This document shows positions 37,115-46,630 of a stretch of DNA of 64,000 nucleotides, in pieces. Both the position numbers and the translations under genes were made by a program. The DNA comes from Minisyncoccia bacterium (GTDB lineage: Bacteria; Patescibacteriota; Minisyncoccia; Phycocordibacterales; JAACPR01), in the NCBI GenBank assembly GCA_041740795.1, contig JBGSLH010000008.1:15860-79859 (forward strand), written 5' to 3'. Position 1 is the first letter of the stretch, and every line of letters starts with the position of its first letter. The notes beneath the pieces were generated by a model. It was not told the DNA's origin and did not search any database. It saw only the letters and a list, made by a program, of their open reading frames with translations.

Positions 37115-37137
37115 GGTTCGAGCTCTTGTCGGCCAGC
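37115..37137 (+). repeat. degenerate direct copy of the tRNA-Gln 3' end (candidate attR)
   Basis: ggttcgagctcttgtcggccagc vs tRNA 17533-17555 ggttcgagtccttgtcgggcagc: 20/23 identical, same orientation. Confidence 0.4.
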
Positions 37138-37225
37138 AGCACATTTTCTTCTTGTTTTTCAACCTATTTTTATTGAGGTGTCTTGGACGCTAGAACTTTT
37201 TACATAAAGTGCTATTATTTAATCA

Positions 37226-37732
37226 ATGAAGAATTTTATAAAAATACTGTCTATAATTTTTATTATTGGACTGACAAGTTTTATTGCTTATTGGCTTTAT
37301 TTAGATTCAAATTATTATTTAAGCCCTAGTTCTGATGAAATGCAGAAAATATCCCAAATTACATTAGAAAAAAACAGTCCTGACGAATGTTATAAAATTA
37401 AAAATTCTCCTTTGGCCGTAATGGAGCCCAGTTCAAAAGACTTAGTAAATAATTGTCTTTACAACTTTGCACTATCAACTAAAAATATTGAAGTTTGTAA
37501 AAATTATATAGATTACAGAGGTAAGTTTTATAGTGATGAAAGATGCTCCAAATTTGTTACCCTTTTAAACAAAGAAAAAAATAATTGTAGTGACATAACT
37601 TCTCTTGATGAACAAATTTTGGATGGAACAAGTTCTATGTATTGTTCTAGTAGGTCAGACCAGATTTCAAAAAATATTTGTTCAAATATAAAAGAACTTG
37701 TAAATAAGTGTGATTTAGGAATTGAGATATAA
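37226..37732 (+). CDS. secreted/membrane-anchored Cys-rich protein
   Basis: N-terminal signal/TM plus about 9 Cys. Confidence 0.4.
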   Translation: MKNFIKILSIIFIIGLTSFIAYWLYLDSNYYLSPSSDEMQKISQITLEKNSPDECYKIKNSPLAVMEPSSKDLVNNCLYNFALSTKNIEVCKNYIDYRGKFYSDERCSKFVTLLNKEKNNCSDITSLDEQILDGTSSMYCSSRSDQISKNICSNIKELVNKCDLGIEI

Positions 37733-37807
37733 ATAAAATATTAAATAGTGTACTTGAGGGTGTGGTAATAAAACTCACTCTTTCCTTGTAGTAAAACGGT
37801 TCTAACA

Positions 37808-37827
37808 TCATCCAAGAGGCCCAGCAA
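37808..37827 (+). repeat. member of a short dispersed repeat family (CATCCAAGAGGCCCAGC)
   Basis: Related copies at 40630-40658, 41508-41536 and 44577-44604. Confidence 0.4.
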
Positions 37828-37891
37828 GTATGAGGTAGGTTCGGAGTACGAGGTGCATTGTTTATAATAATTATTGTGATAAAAATTTGAT

Positions 37892-39418
37892 ATGGAACCA
37901 GAGGTTTTCAAACTTTATAAACCAGTAAGAAATCATTTGAGAAGAGTCTCTATTGAGAATGCTTTCTATGTTATTTGGGCTTATGTGAGATGTTTCCAGT
38001 TTAGTACTCCTATTCCTAAAGACATACAAGTTGATCAATCTATTCTATCTGCAAAAGATATTCCCAGTAGGGGTTTGTATGAATGGGAACTATCACTTCT
38101 TGCAAGAGAAGTTTTGGCTAATGGTGAAAGTGAATTGATTCTGTCTACGGAATCTTTTAATAAATGGTCATATTTCTCTAATGTTATAAATAAAATAAAA
38201 AATTTTGAGAATAATGTGTGGCCTGTTATAGGTAGCAAAGAATTATTGCGACATGAACTTCGCCGAATTGCTCATCGTCAATTTCCTTGGCATTTTAAAA
38301 TAACATCAGCAGATTTTGTTAGGTATTACAAAATCTACAACAATCCAAGAATAAGAGATAAAGTAAAAGAAATAATTGGTATTAATACACAGGATTGGTA
38401 TGTAATAGGGACTGCTATCCTAGGTGCATTTTTGTCTCATACCAAAATGAACATAGATTCAAATATAGAACTAACAAATGTTACTAAAAAAGAATTTGAT
38501 ATTTTTTTAGACTTCATCTCAAATACCATTGATGGGTTCAGGGAGATAATCAAAAAAGATGTTAAATATGATGATCAGTATGTCTATTCTTTTAACCCGC
38601 TCGAGTACTTTCCGTTAGTAGAAATTGGTAGTTACTATTATTGTCCGATTATTAATTTTTTAGCATGGAGAATTACATCTGGACTGTATTTTGATCTCAT
38701 AAAAAATGATAAGAATACAAGTTTTGGTAATGCTTTTGGGCTATCTTTTCAAGATTATTTATATGAAATATCTGAAAAGGTCCTTGATTCAAAAAAAATC
38801 CTACATTATAGAGAAGATAAGTATAAGGTTGACAAGCTTCAAAAAGATAGTGTCGATCTCATTATTAAACAGGGGGATAGTTTTTTTTTCGTGGAAGCTA
38901 AGGCGAAAAGAATGCAGGTCAAATCAAAAACTCAACTTTCTGATGAATCAGCATTGAAAGAAGATATTGATGTTTTAGCTGAGGATATTGTTCAGGTTTA
39001 TCAAACATTAGATGATTTTAAGAAGGGACACTATTCTCATTTAGAATATAAAGAAGGTGACAACATATACTCAATGGTAGTAACTTTAGAAGACTGGTAC
39101 TTGCTCGGAGAAGATCTTTTGGACGTTCAGGAGAAAGTAAAAGAGAAAATGAGAGTAAAGGGATTATCGGAGGATATGATTGAAAAACACCCATATATTC
39201 TCTGCTCTGTGAAAACTTTTGAAATACTAATACAAGTTTTGAATACAAGAATGATTAGTGAAATTATGTCAGATTGGCTTGTTCCAGAAAAAGTGGGTCA
39301 TGATTTTGGAAATTTTTTAATTACAGAATATGGGAAAGGAGTTAAATATATAGACAACTTCTTCCCTGAAGATTTTGAAAAGATTTATAAAGATCAATTA
39401 GGAAAAAGACAACAATAA
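37892..39418 (+). CDS. hypothetical protein with PD-(D/E)xK-like motif in the C-terminal half
   Basis: SVDLIIKQGDSFFFVEAKAK fits a D...ExK nuclease core. Otherwise unassigned. Confidence 0.4.
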   Translation: MEPEVFKLYKPVRNHLRRVSIENAFYVIWAYVRCFQFSTPIPKDIQVDQSILSAKDIPSRGLYEWELSLLAREVLANGESELILSTESFNKWSYFSNVINKIKNFENNVWPVIGSKELLRHELRRIAHRQFPWHFKITSADFVRYYKIYNNPRIRDKVKEIIGINTQDWYVIGTAILGAFLSHTKMNIDSNIELTNVTKKEFDIFLDFISNTIDGFREIIKKDVKYDDQYVYSFNPLEYFPLVEIGSYYYCPIINFLAWRITSGLYFDLIKNDKNTSFGNAFGLSFQDYLYEISEKVLDSKKILHYREDKYKVDKLQKDSVDLIIKQGDSFFFVEAKAKRMQVKSKTQLSDESALKEDIDVLAEDIVQVYQTLDDFKKGHYSHLEYKEGDNIYSMVVTLEDWYLLGEDLLDVQEKVKEKMRVKGLSEDMIEKHPYILCSVKTFEILIQVLNTRMISEIMSDWLVPEKVGHDFGNFLITEYGKGVKYIDNFFPEDFEKIYKDQLGKRQQ

Positions 39419-39520
39419 CTTTTTTAAAGTGTCGCTTTTCAACCATTCCGAGGTGCATCAAAACCACTTTCAAAATTCTCATTGAAAACCCTTGTGGGGC
39501 TTGTTAGTAAAAATAACGAG

Positions 39521-39581
39521 ACCGAGCTGTCCAGCTCGTTTTTTAACCCTTTGTTTTCAATGTGAATTTTATATACCTGTC
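39521..39581 (+). repeat. ~60-bp dispersed repeat, copy 1
   Basis: ccgagctgtccagctcgtt...ttttatatacctgtc. About 85 percent identical to 43875-43933. Confidence 0.55.
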
Positions 39582-39612
39582 AGTGACTTGAAACTTTTGA
39601 TATGATTGACGT

Positions 39613-40119
39613 ATGAAAAACAACAACTACAAGATAATAATCCTCGGACCTCAATGCTCAGGCAAAACAACTCTCAAGAAATATCTCTTAAAAGAAAATC
39701 CTGATCTCCCGCTTAGAGAAGAAGATGAGATGTTTCCTGATTTAAATGGAGGAACATATCCTACTGACCTTGAATACAAAGAAAATGTTTTACGACCAAA
39801 ACTTGAAACTGAGATAAAGCAATCAGAAAACCTTATATTTCTATCAAGTTACTGCAGCAGGCCTTTACTGCAAGAACTTAAATCTGAAGGTTTTAAGATT
39901 ATTCAGCTTGTACTTGAAAGGGATGAATTTAATAAAAGAAACGAAAGAAGAATGGAAGAAGAAGGATATGACGACGCGAATGTGTGGGCAGATCATATTT
40001 TCAACTTCCATCAAGACGTTAGAGATAAGGGCTGGGTTGATTTGGAAATTAATGTGAATCAACCGATTGAAGATGTTGCAGGTAAGGTGCTTGGTTTTTT
40101 AAAACAAACAGTAAGATAA
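39613..40119 (+). CDS. P-loop NTPase/kinase-like protein
   Basis: Walker A GPQCSGKTT near the N-terminus. Small size, like nucleoside/nucleotide kinases. Confidence 0.5.
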   Translation: MKNNNYKIIILGPQCSGKTTLKKYLLKENPDLPLREEDEMFPDLNGGTYPTDLEYKENVLRPKLETEIKQSENLIFLSSYCSRPLLQELKSEGFKIIQLVLERDEFNKRNERRMEEEGYDDANVWADHIFNFHQDVRDKGWVDLEINVNQPIEDVAGKVLGFLKQTVR

Positions 40120-40137
40120 ATTTGTTATACTTTTATT

Positions 40138-40632
40138 ATGCAAATAAAAGAAATAACTATCAATGAATGGAGGGAATTCTCAGATCTTTATCTACAACTC
40201 TTAAAAAACGATCCAGATGCCTTTGTTGATGATTATGAAGATATTAAATTGCGTACACAAGAAGACTGGGTAAAGAGTCTTGAAGAAAGAGGAAAAACGT
40301 TTGTTGCAATAGAAGATGGAAAATATGTTGGTATGGGTCGAGTAAACTTTTATGAAGAAATTCCTGGTGTTCCTGTACTTCACAAACTAGGTGTTCTTCC
40401 TGAGTATAGAGGAAGGGGAATTGCACATGCTCTTATTGATGCCAGAGAAAAATGGGCACTTTCTGAAGGTGCTCAGAAAATCAGACTATGTGTGATGGCA
40501 AACAAAGATCAGACAATAGAATTTTCAAATAAGAATGGCTATTTAATAACTGAAACTCTAAAGGGAGATATTGAGAGAAAGGATGGAACTTGGGCAGATG
40601 TAGTTGTTATGGAGAAGGATTTGGTAGACTAG
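40138..40632 (+). CDS. GNAT family N-acetyltransferase
   Basis: Acetyl-CoA motif A VLPEYRGRGIAHALI. Confidence 0.75.
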   Translation: MQIKEITINEWREFSDLYLQLLKNDPDAFVDDYEDIKLRTQEDWVKSLEERGKTFVAIEDGKYVGMGRVNFYEEIPGVPVLHKLGVLPEYRGRGIAHALIDAREKWALSEGAQKIRLCVMANKDQTIEFSNKNGYLITETLKGDIERKDGTWADVVVMEKDLVD

Positions 40633-40658
40633 TTCCAACTTCGTTCCAGACGGCCAGC
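40630..40658 (+). repeat. TAG-TTCCAACTTCGTTCCAGACGGCCAGC element directly overlapping the stop codon
   Basis: 27/29 identical to 41508-41536, which likewise begins with the stop codon of the next gene. Confidence 0.55.
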
Positions 40659-40712
40659 AAAAAAGTTAACAAAGTAAGTTATTTAATTTAAAAAATTGAT
40701 ATACTTAAAAAC

Positions 40713-41510
40713 ATGATTAAATTTAATGAAGTTACATGGTACTCAAAATTAGCAGCTGTACTATTTTTTATCGGAGTGCTACCTATTCTAACTTTTTATA
40801 TTGGTGTTCAGTATCAAAAAACAAATTCAATACTTACTACTGATATACAAAAAAATCCCGAACAAAAAAATAATATAGATTTGGATACTGAGAATAAAAT
40901 TAGTTATGAAACTGTAGAAATTAATAATTTTAAGATTCCTCAAATTAAAAATTTTCATAATAATGCCATTGAACAGAAAGTTAATAATTATCTAACTGAT
41001 GTGGCTAAAAATTCAACTTGTAGTGATGTACCTTCTTCTGGAAATAATTATTACAATCTGGATATGAAAGTTTCATATGCAAAGAATGATATATTCAGTA
41101 TAAGTATCCATTCATCTTGGTATTGTTCAGGTCCATATCCTACAAATGATTCAAACAACTCACTCACCTTTGATATGAAAACCGGAGAAGTTGTACCATT
41201 TGCTAAATTATTTTCTAACTATGAAAAGGATAGAAAGACTATCATGTCTTTAATTTTTTCAGAGCAGATACAAAAGACCAGTGGTGCACCGAGCGATCAA
41301 TCATGCAATGGGATTTATTCTATGAAAAACGAAGGGCGTGATACTGGTGATTACTTTAAGTCCATTGATTATAACATTGAGAGTTCAGGACTCTCAGGAC
41401 AGCCATCATTTCCCCATGTTATAGAAGCATGTTCTGAGATTGGATACGTTTCGATTGAACAACTTAGACCATATTTTGACTCTTCGAGTTTGTTGGGTCG
41501 AGTAAATTAG
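40713..41510 (+). CDS. secreted hypothetical protein
   Basis: N-terminal TM/signal. Bracketed by the two 29-nt repeats. Confidence 0.45.
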   Translation: MIKFNEVTWYSKLAAVLFFIGVLPILTFYIGVQYQKTNSILTTDIQKNPEQKNNIDLDTENKISYETVEINNFKIPQIKNFHNNAIEQKVNNYLTDVAKNSTCSDVPSSGNNYYNLDMKVSYAKNDIFSISIHSSWYCSGPYPTNDSNNSLTFDMKTGEVVPFAKLFSNYEKDRKTIMSLIFSEQIQKTSGAPSDQSCNGIYSMKNEGRDTGDYFKSIDYNIESSGLSGQPSFPHVIEACSEIGYVSIEQLRPYFDSSSLLGRVN

Positions 41511-41536
41511 TTCCAACTTCGCACCAGACGGCCAGC
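41508..41536 (+). repeat. TAG-TTCCAACTTCGCACCAGACGGCCAGC element
   Basis: See 40630-40658. Confidence 0.55.
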
Positions 41537-41575
41537 TAGTTTGAGATAGGTTATTGTGCTCGAAAAAACTATATT

Positions 41576-42214
41576 ATGCTAGAAGAACATAGAAAAATTA
41601 TTGAAAATTCAATTAATGACGCTTTTAACTTTCGTAAGGAATTTTCAGATTTTGAAATCAGTAGTAATTTTCAGCTACTAACAACACAACTGGACCTATT
41701 TAAAGTAATTGCAGGCTTAGTTATTGGAGTAGCTAGCATCGGATATATCTATAATGAAAATCTTAATAGTAGTTTTTTAGGAGTCTCGGTGTTCTTCGCT
41801 TTGATAACATTAATTCTTTCCGTTTCCTATACCAGAGAAGTGATTGACTTACAAGCCAAACAAAATAAAGAAACAGGGGTAAATATCTTTAATAAAACAG
41901 AAGAACATATAAATGTTGCCCTAAAATCACTAAAAGAAAATGATTCAAATATATTTTTTGATTATGCAAAGGAGCGCCTGAACGATAAGTACCCAGAACC
42001 TCAACTTAATTACATTGGTGAAATTGTCATTTTCATTTTCTACCTTTCATTAGGGAGCCTAGTAATGGCTCTTATTTCATCTAAATACAAATTTGGAATA
42101 GTTTCTTGCCAATCAATAATAGCAATCACAATAGTATACCTAGCAAGTTTTAAAAATTGGACCACACCATTATCAAACTTACTAAGTATCAATTTAACTA
42201 AAAAACCTAAATAA
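41576..42214 (+). CDS. hypothetical membrane protein
   Basis: Four hydrophobic segments. Confidence 0.4.
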   Translation: MLEEHRKIIENSINDAFNFRKEFSDFEISSNFQLLTTQLDLFKVIAGLVIGVASIGYIYNENLNSSFLGVSVFFALITLILSVSYTREVIDLQAKQNKETGVNIFNKTEEHINVALKSLKENDSNIFFDYAKERLNDKYPEPQLNYIGEIVIFIFYLSLGSLVMALISSKYKFGIVSCQSIIAITIVYLASFKNWTTPLSNLLSINLTKKPK

Positions 42215-42465
42215 AATAATCGAAAACAGTTATTTACTACAATGAATCTAAAAACAAGTTCTTGGATTCAAAAGGCCTAGATTTTAGTAAAAATTACAAC
42301 GCTCAAGACACGTAGAAATAATATGCTGAAATGGTTAAAAATAACCTTGTAGGGTAACAAAAAGGTTCTAGCTCAAAGACGCCAGCAATATTGACTTTTT
42401 TATTACTAATGTCATAATGCATTTCAAAGTTCCTGTAGTTTCGCGTGCAGCAGTGAGAATGTTTT

Positions 42466-43179
42466 GTGAATTTTCTCTCTGCTTCATGTGAAGCTCAACA
42501 ACAATACAAGACCATGGAACGTACAATTAGCACCGGAGTATTCGACCGACAAGGAAGAGACAGTATCAGTGGCCCGTTTTTCTACGCGGCTCTCACGGCA
42601 TCCCTTCTTTGGGGACTGGTAGTCACAGCAATCGTGGCCCATAAAGTTATCGCCTCCCAATATCAACCGGGTCTCTGGGAGATTCTGTTGCTCGGTTTGG
42701 CGCTTCCTATCGTCGGAATTATCGTTGCATTAAAGAGCGATAACCCGATTGTCTCATTTATTGGTTACAACATGATCGTGATTCCATTCGGAATTATCCT
42801 AGGACCTGCGGTTAACCACTACAGCCAAGACGTCATCAGGAACGCTTTCATGCTTACTGCAATAATCACATTCGTCATGGGCTTTGCTGGAACCTGTTTC
42901 CCGAGGCTCTTTGAGAATATGGGAGCGCCGCTTCTGCTGAGTCTTGGGGCACTGGTGCTCGTGAGAGTTGCCCAGATCTTTATCCCTGAAATGCAGTCAC
43001 TCGGCTTCATTGATTACATCGCGGCGGGAATCTTTTCGCTGTACATTGGCTACGACATGTATCGTGCCAGTGTTGTGCAAAAGAGTCTCGACAGTGCGGT
43101 TGATATCTCGGTGGACCTCTATCTTGATATCATCAACCTGTTTCTGAACCTGTTGCGAATCATGGGCAATAAAAAGTAA
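42466..43179 (+). CDS. Bax-inhibitor-1/YccA family membrane protein
   Basis: Seven hydrophobic helices and the family's C-terminal DLYLDIINLFLNLLRI motif. The real start is probably MERTIS at 42514. Confidence 0.6.
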   Translation: MNFLSASCEAQQQYKTMERTISTGVFDRQGRDSISGPFFYAALTASLLWGLVVTAIVAHKVIASQYQPGLWEILLLGLALPIVGIIVALKSDNPIVSFIGYNMIVIPFGIILGPAVNHYSQDVIRNAFMLTAIITFVMGFAGTCFPRLFENMGAPLLLSLGALVLVRVAQIFIPEMQSLGFIDYIAAGIFSLYIGYDMYRASVVQKSLDSAVDISVDLYLDIINLFLNLLRIMGNKK

Positions 43180-43217
43180 AGACACTGAAAGGCTCAACTG
43201 ACACATCCCAAATCATA

Positions 43218-43252
43218 AACCCACCTAGCTTGTAATGGTGGGTTTTCTTTTA
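43218..43252 (+). terminator. rho-independent terminator
   Basis: aaacccacc...ggtgggttt followed by tctttt. Confidence 0.55.
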
Positions 43253-43349
43253 CTCATTGATTATAGTTCAAACTTCGTACTAACACTTCAGCAATTTAAA
43301 AAAGTTTGAATAAAATACTGAAGGGTGGTTTTGTAGTATAATTATATGT

Positions 43350-43796
43350 ATGATTGATTTAGATTTTATCGGACTATTTATATTTATTGCAGGATTTATT
43401 ATTGGACTTGGAGCAGTAACTGTTATTGATATCCATGGCTTCTTGGGCAGGAAGTCAGGGTATTGGACAGGAGCAACAATACAAACCCATAAAGTTACTA
43501 AACCACTTATTTGGCTAGGTATCGTTTTTGCTGGCATAGGGGGTTCTATTTTTTATAGAAACGTACCTTTTTCTGGTATTCCTTTGTACCATGCACTTAT
43601 TGCAGGAACACTGATACTTAATGGATTATTCTTATCATGGTATGTAAGTCCATTCTTGCTTCTTCAAGAGAAAGAAGGTCGACAGACAGAACTATTGCCA
43701 CAATCGCTTCAAAATAAAATCATGGTAAGTTTGATAATTTCTGACATTGGATGGTGGGGAGGATTGCTACTTTTGGTTCGGTATATTGTTGTTTAA
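43350..43796 (+). CDS. hypothetical membrane protein
   Basis: Four hydrophobic helices. Confidence 0.4.
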   Translation: MIDLDFIGLFIFIAGFIIGLGAVTVIDIHGFLGRKSGYWTGATIQTHKVTKPLIWLGIVFAGIGGSIFYRNVPFSGIPLYHALIAGTLILNGLFLSWYVSPFLLLQEKEGRQTELLPQSLQNKIMVSLIISDIGWWGGLLLLVRYIVV

Positions 43797-43874
43797 AAGA
43801 TTATTTGAATTCGCACAACTGTCAGTTTCTTTGATTAAAGTTTTTTGTTGGGTCTCACTAAGGTTGCCGCTGAT

Positions 43875-43933
43875 CCGAGTTGTCCAGCTCGTTCTTAACA
43901 CTTTAATTTCAATTTTATTTTTATATACCTGTC
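43875..43933 (+). repeat. ~60-bp dispersed repeat, copy 2
   Basis: See 39521-39581. Confidence 0.55.
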
Positions 43934-43999
43934 GAGAATGTGGAATTTTTAGAATTTAAAAAACCACCCTCTCTTTTGAAGGGGTGGTAGGATCGGTTT

Positions 44000-44563
44000 T
44001 TAAATGATACCAGAAATAATTTGAGCCATATCTTCTTTTCGGGTGTATTTTTTTAACGAACGAAGACATGAACGAGCATTTCTCCAGCACTCTGAAACAT
44101 TGAAGTGATTTCGGACTTCGGTTCTTTCGTGATAGAGATTTCCTCCGTGTGCACAGTACACTGTTCCGCTTGTAGGTAAGAGTAACGCGGACGTAGTTGA
44201 AATCATTCCCATGGGATATGGATCAATAATTGCACCATCAGGAGTACGAAGCCAAGAGTGGTTGCTTTGAACAATTGTAACTTGAGTTTCTCCAGGAACA
44301 AGTTCGAGACCAATAAGGTATCCATCAACAAGAGTGAGATCTTTGGAAATCAGAGAAATCATTTTTGAAATAGAATGACACTCCATTTGTCTTAATCTCC
44401 ATTCTGAATCCGTAGCTTTTTGTCTTCCACCAATAAAACAAAGAGTTCTGAGGATAATGCAAACTTGCATAAGAAGATCTTCGTCTTGTTTGGTAACGGC
44501 GTGTGTGTTCGCATTGTCGAAGTACATATAAAAGCACATTACAATATACTTAGAATATGTCAA
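44000..44563 (-). CDS. hypothetical protein
   Basis: TTG start in the track. A minus-strand terminator lies just downstream (ccaccc...ggggtgg + T-run, ~43960-43999). Confidence 0.35.
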   Translation of the reverse strand: MTYSKYIVMCFYMYFDNANTHAVTKQDEDLLMQVCIILRTLCFIGGRQKATDSEWRLRQMECHSISKMISLISKDLTLVDGYLIGLELVPGETQVTIVQSNHSWLRTPDGAIIDPYPMGMISTTSALLLPTSGTVYCAHGGNLYHERTEVRNHFNVSECWRNARSCLRSLKKYTRKEDMAQIISGII

Positions 44564-44576
44564 TTTTTAGTTAAGT

Positions 44577-44604
44577 TAGTTCCAATTTCATCCAAGAGCC
44601 CAGT
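44577..44604 (+). repeat. member of the TTCCAAyTTC...CCAG...CCCAG repeat family
   Basis: tagttccaatttcatccaagagcccagt. Confidence 0.4.
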
Positions 44605-44667
44605 AAATAAATCAAACAATGTCTATTTTATGCTCGGACTATAATTCAACTGTAGTATCATATAGAT

Positions 44668-45291
44668 ATGAATAATATTTTAATAATCATTTTTGGAATT
44701 CTCATTCTCTGGAGTGTCTGGGGATATTTTTCATCAAGAGTTGAACAGACTGAATATTCCGTACTGAAGAATATGAAAGGATATGAAATTCGTGAATATC
44801 CTTCTCATGTTGTTGCTCAAACAAGAGTTGAAGGATCATATGATGAAGCACTCAACAATGGATTTGGTATTGTAGCGGGATACATTTTTGGTGGCAATAT
44901 AAAGCGTGAGAAGATTGCTATGACCGCACCAGTTATGGCAGAAAAGCAGTCGTCAGAAAAAATAGCGATGACAGCTCCTGTTCTTGCAACTGTGGATGGT
45001 GATGTGCGTATAGTTTCCTTTGGTATGCCAAAAAAATATACGCTTGAATCTCTCCCTGTTCCGAGTGATCCTCGGGTGGAGCTAGTGCAAGTTCCCACAA
45101 AGAAAATGGCGGCATTGCGTTTTTTGTGGTTTAGAACTACTGACCGTGTGCATAGTCTTGAAAATAAGCTGATGACACTATTGGTAAACGACAAGATAGA
45201 AATGATCGGAGCTCCCGTGTATGCGGGATACAACGCTCCTTGGACACCACCGTGGATGACACGAAATGAAATACTCATTGAAATAAAATAA
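44668..45291 (+). CDS. SOUL/HBP heme-binding family protein (membrane anchored)
   Basis: An N-terminal TM, then a SOUL-like core with the C-terminal YNAPWTPPWMTRNEI motif. Confidence 0.5.
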   Translation: MNNILIIIFGILILWSVWGYFSSRVEQTEYSVLKNMKGYEIREYPSHVVAQTRVEGSYDEALNNGFGIVAGYIFGGNIKREKIAMTAPVMAEKQSSEKIAMTAPVLATVDGDVRIVSFGMPKKYTLESLPVPSDPRVELVQVPTKKMAALRFLWFRTTDRVHSLENKLMTLLVNDKIEMIGAPVYAGYNAPWTPPWMTRNEILIEIK

Positions 45292-45412
45292 TCATGAACA
45301 TATCGCACCTTCCAATCCTCGACTTCTATAGAGTGAATTAAGGGACGAATATGATACAATTTAATCATTGTTTTTGTTAAAAACAATGATTAAAAATTAA
45401 ATTAAAATAACT

Positions 45413-45823
45413 ATGAAAAAAGCAATCCTATCATTTTTATTGTTAGCATTGATTGCACCTAGTATATCTTTTGCTGCAAAAGACGTACGAGATACAACTT
45501 GTGTTAAGAATGCAGTTGATACACGAGAAAGTTCAATCATCTCTGCTTTCAGCAAATTCAATACATCAATTGTATCTGCCTTAGAAAAAAGAAAAAGTAG
45601 TTTGAGTGATTCTTGGTCAAAAACAGAAAGTGCTGAAAGAAAATCAACACGAAAATCTGCTTGGGCTAACTTTAAATCAGAGAAAAAAGCAGCAGCGAGC
45701 ACCTATAATTCAGCACGAAAATCTGCTTGGTCTACATACAAAAATACAGTAGTCAGCACATGTAAAGTTCCAGAAGCAGCTGTTGAAGAAACAGAAAAAA
45801 CATCAGTAGAACCAACTTTATAA
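45413..45823 (+). CDS. secreted protein with internal (S/A)RKSAW(S/A).(Y/F)K repeats
   Basis: Signal peptide. Repeats ERKSTRKSAWANFK / SARKSAWSTYK. Terminator at 45857-45885. Confidence 0.45.
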   Translation: MKKAILSFLLLALIAPSISFAAKDVRDTTCVKNAVDTRESSIISAFSKFNTSIVSALEKRKSSLSDSWSKTESAERKSTRKSAWANFKSEKKAAASTYNSARKSAWSTYKNTVVSTCKVPEAAVEETEKTSVEPTL

Positions 45824-45954
45824 TAAAATAATTTTAAAATAGAGTTTTGATCTAACAAAAACTCCCTTTAGGGAGTTTTTGTTTTATACGAAAGTAAGTA
45901 AAGACAACTTTACATTCATATTTCAGTAAGTTATAATCTTGATATTCAAAATGT

Positions 45955-46167
45955 ATGCAAGAGAAGATAAAAAACGAAGTAATCAAATACAGAACAGAGA
46001 TGGGTGTGACTCAGGAGGATCTCGCAACCGGAGTGAATGTCAGTCGACAGACTATCATCGCACTGGAGAAAGGAAACTACACACCATCAATTTTACTAGC
46101 TCTAAAAATCGCTGGTTTCTTTAAGATGCCTGTCGAGCGAATATTCAAGATATCATATGAAAAATAA
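45955..46167 (+). CDS. XRE-family HTH regulator (70 aa)
   Basis: MGVTQEDLATGVNVSRQTIIALEKG. Confidence 0.7.
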   Translation: MQEKIKNEVIKYRTEMGVTQEDLATGVNVSRQTIIALEKGNYTPSILLALKIAGFFKMPVERIFKISYEK

Positions 46168-46531
46168 TCCAAATGGAATAATCAGGGAAACCATTGTCAC
46201 GGCGGCTCTCGTCATACTTGCGATTTTGCTACTCAACCCTTTTCATTTTTGGATGCCAGACATGATGGTAGTGTGTATGCTCGCTATAATACTTGGACTT
46301 TTTGGAATATTTGCGAGTTTCATTCTCCGTGAAAGTATGATTGATGAGCGTGACGGTCAGCATCGGACGCTTGCAGGACGAAACGCATTTCTCGCAGGAG
46401 CAGGAGTGCTTACTCTTGGAATCGTCATACAAGGATATATGTATACAGTTGATCCGTGGCTTGTTGCAGCTCTTGTTGTGATGGTCATTGTTAAAATTGG
46501 TACTCGAATCTGGAGTGACAAGAACCTGTAG
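46157..46531 (+). CDS. small membrane protein, translationally coupled to the HTH gene
   Basis: Three hydrophobic helices. Overlaps the HTH gene stop. Confidence 0.45.
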   Translation: MKNNPNGIIRETIVTAALVILAILLLNPFHFWMPDMMVVCMLAIILGLFGIFASFILRESMIDERDGQHRTLAGRNAFLAGAGVLTLGIVIQGYMYTVDPWLVAALVVMVIVKIGTRIWSDKNL

Positions 46532-46551
46532 CATAAAGTTGTCCACACAGT

Positions 46552-46597
46552 AATGTAAAGTATACTTTACATTTGTTTCTACCTCCTGCATACTTAA
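46552..46597 (+). promoter_or_regulatory. 22-bp perfect palindrome AATGTAAAGTATACTTTACATT overlapping a -35 (TTTACA), 17-nt spacer, -10-like CATACT
   Basis: The palindrome is at 46552-46573. The whole ~65-bp block (from a TTGTCCACA box) is repeated at 46826-46892. Confidence 0.5.
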
Positions 46598-46630
46598 TCT
46601 ATTATTAGTAGTATTAATTTATAAAAATAT

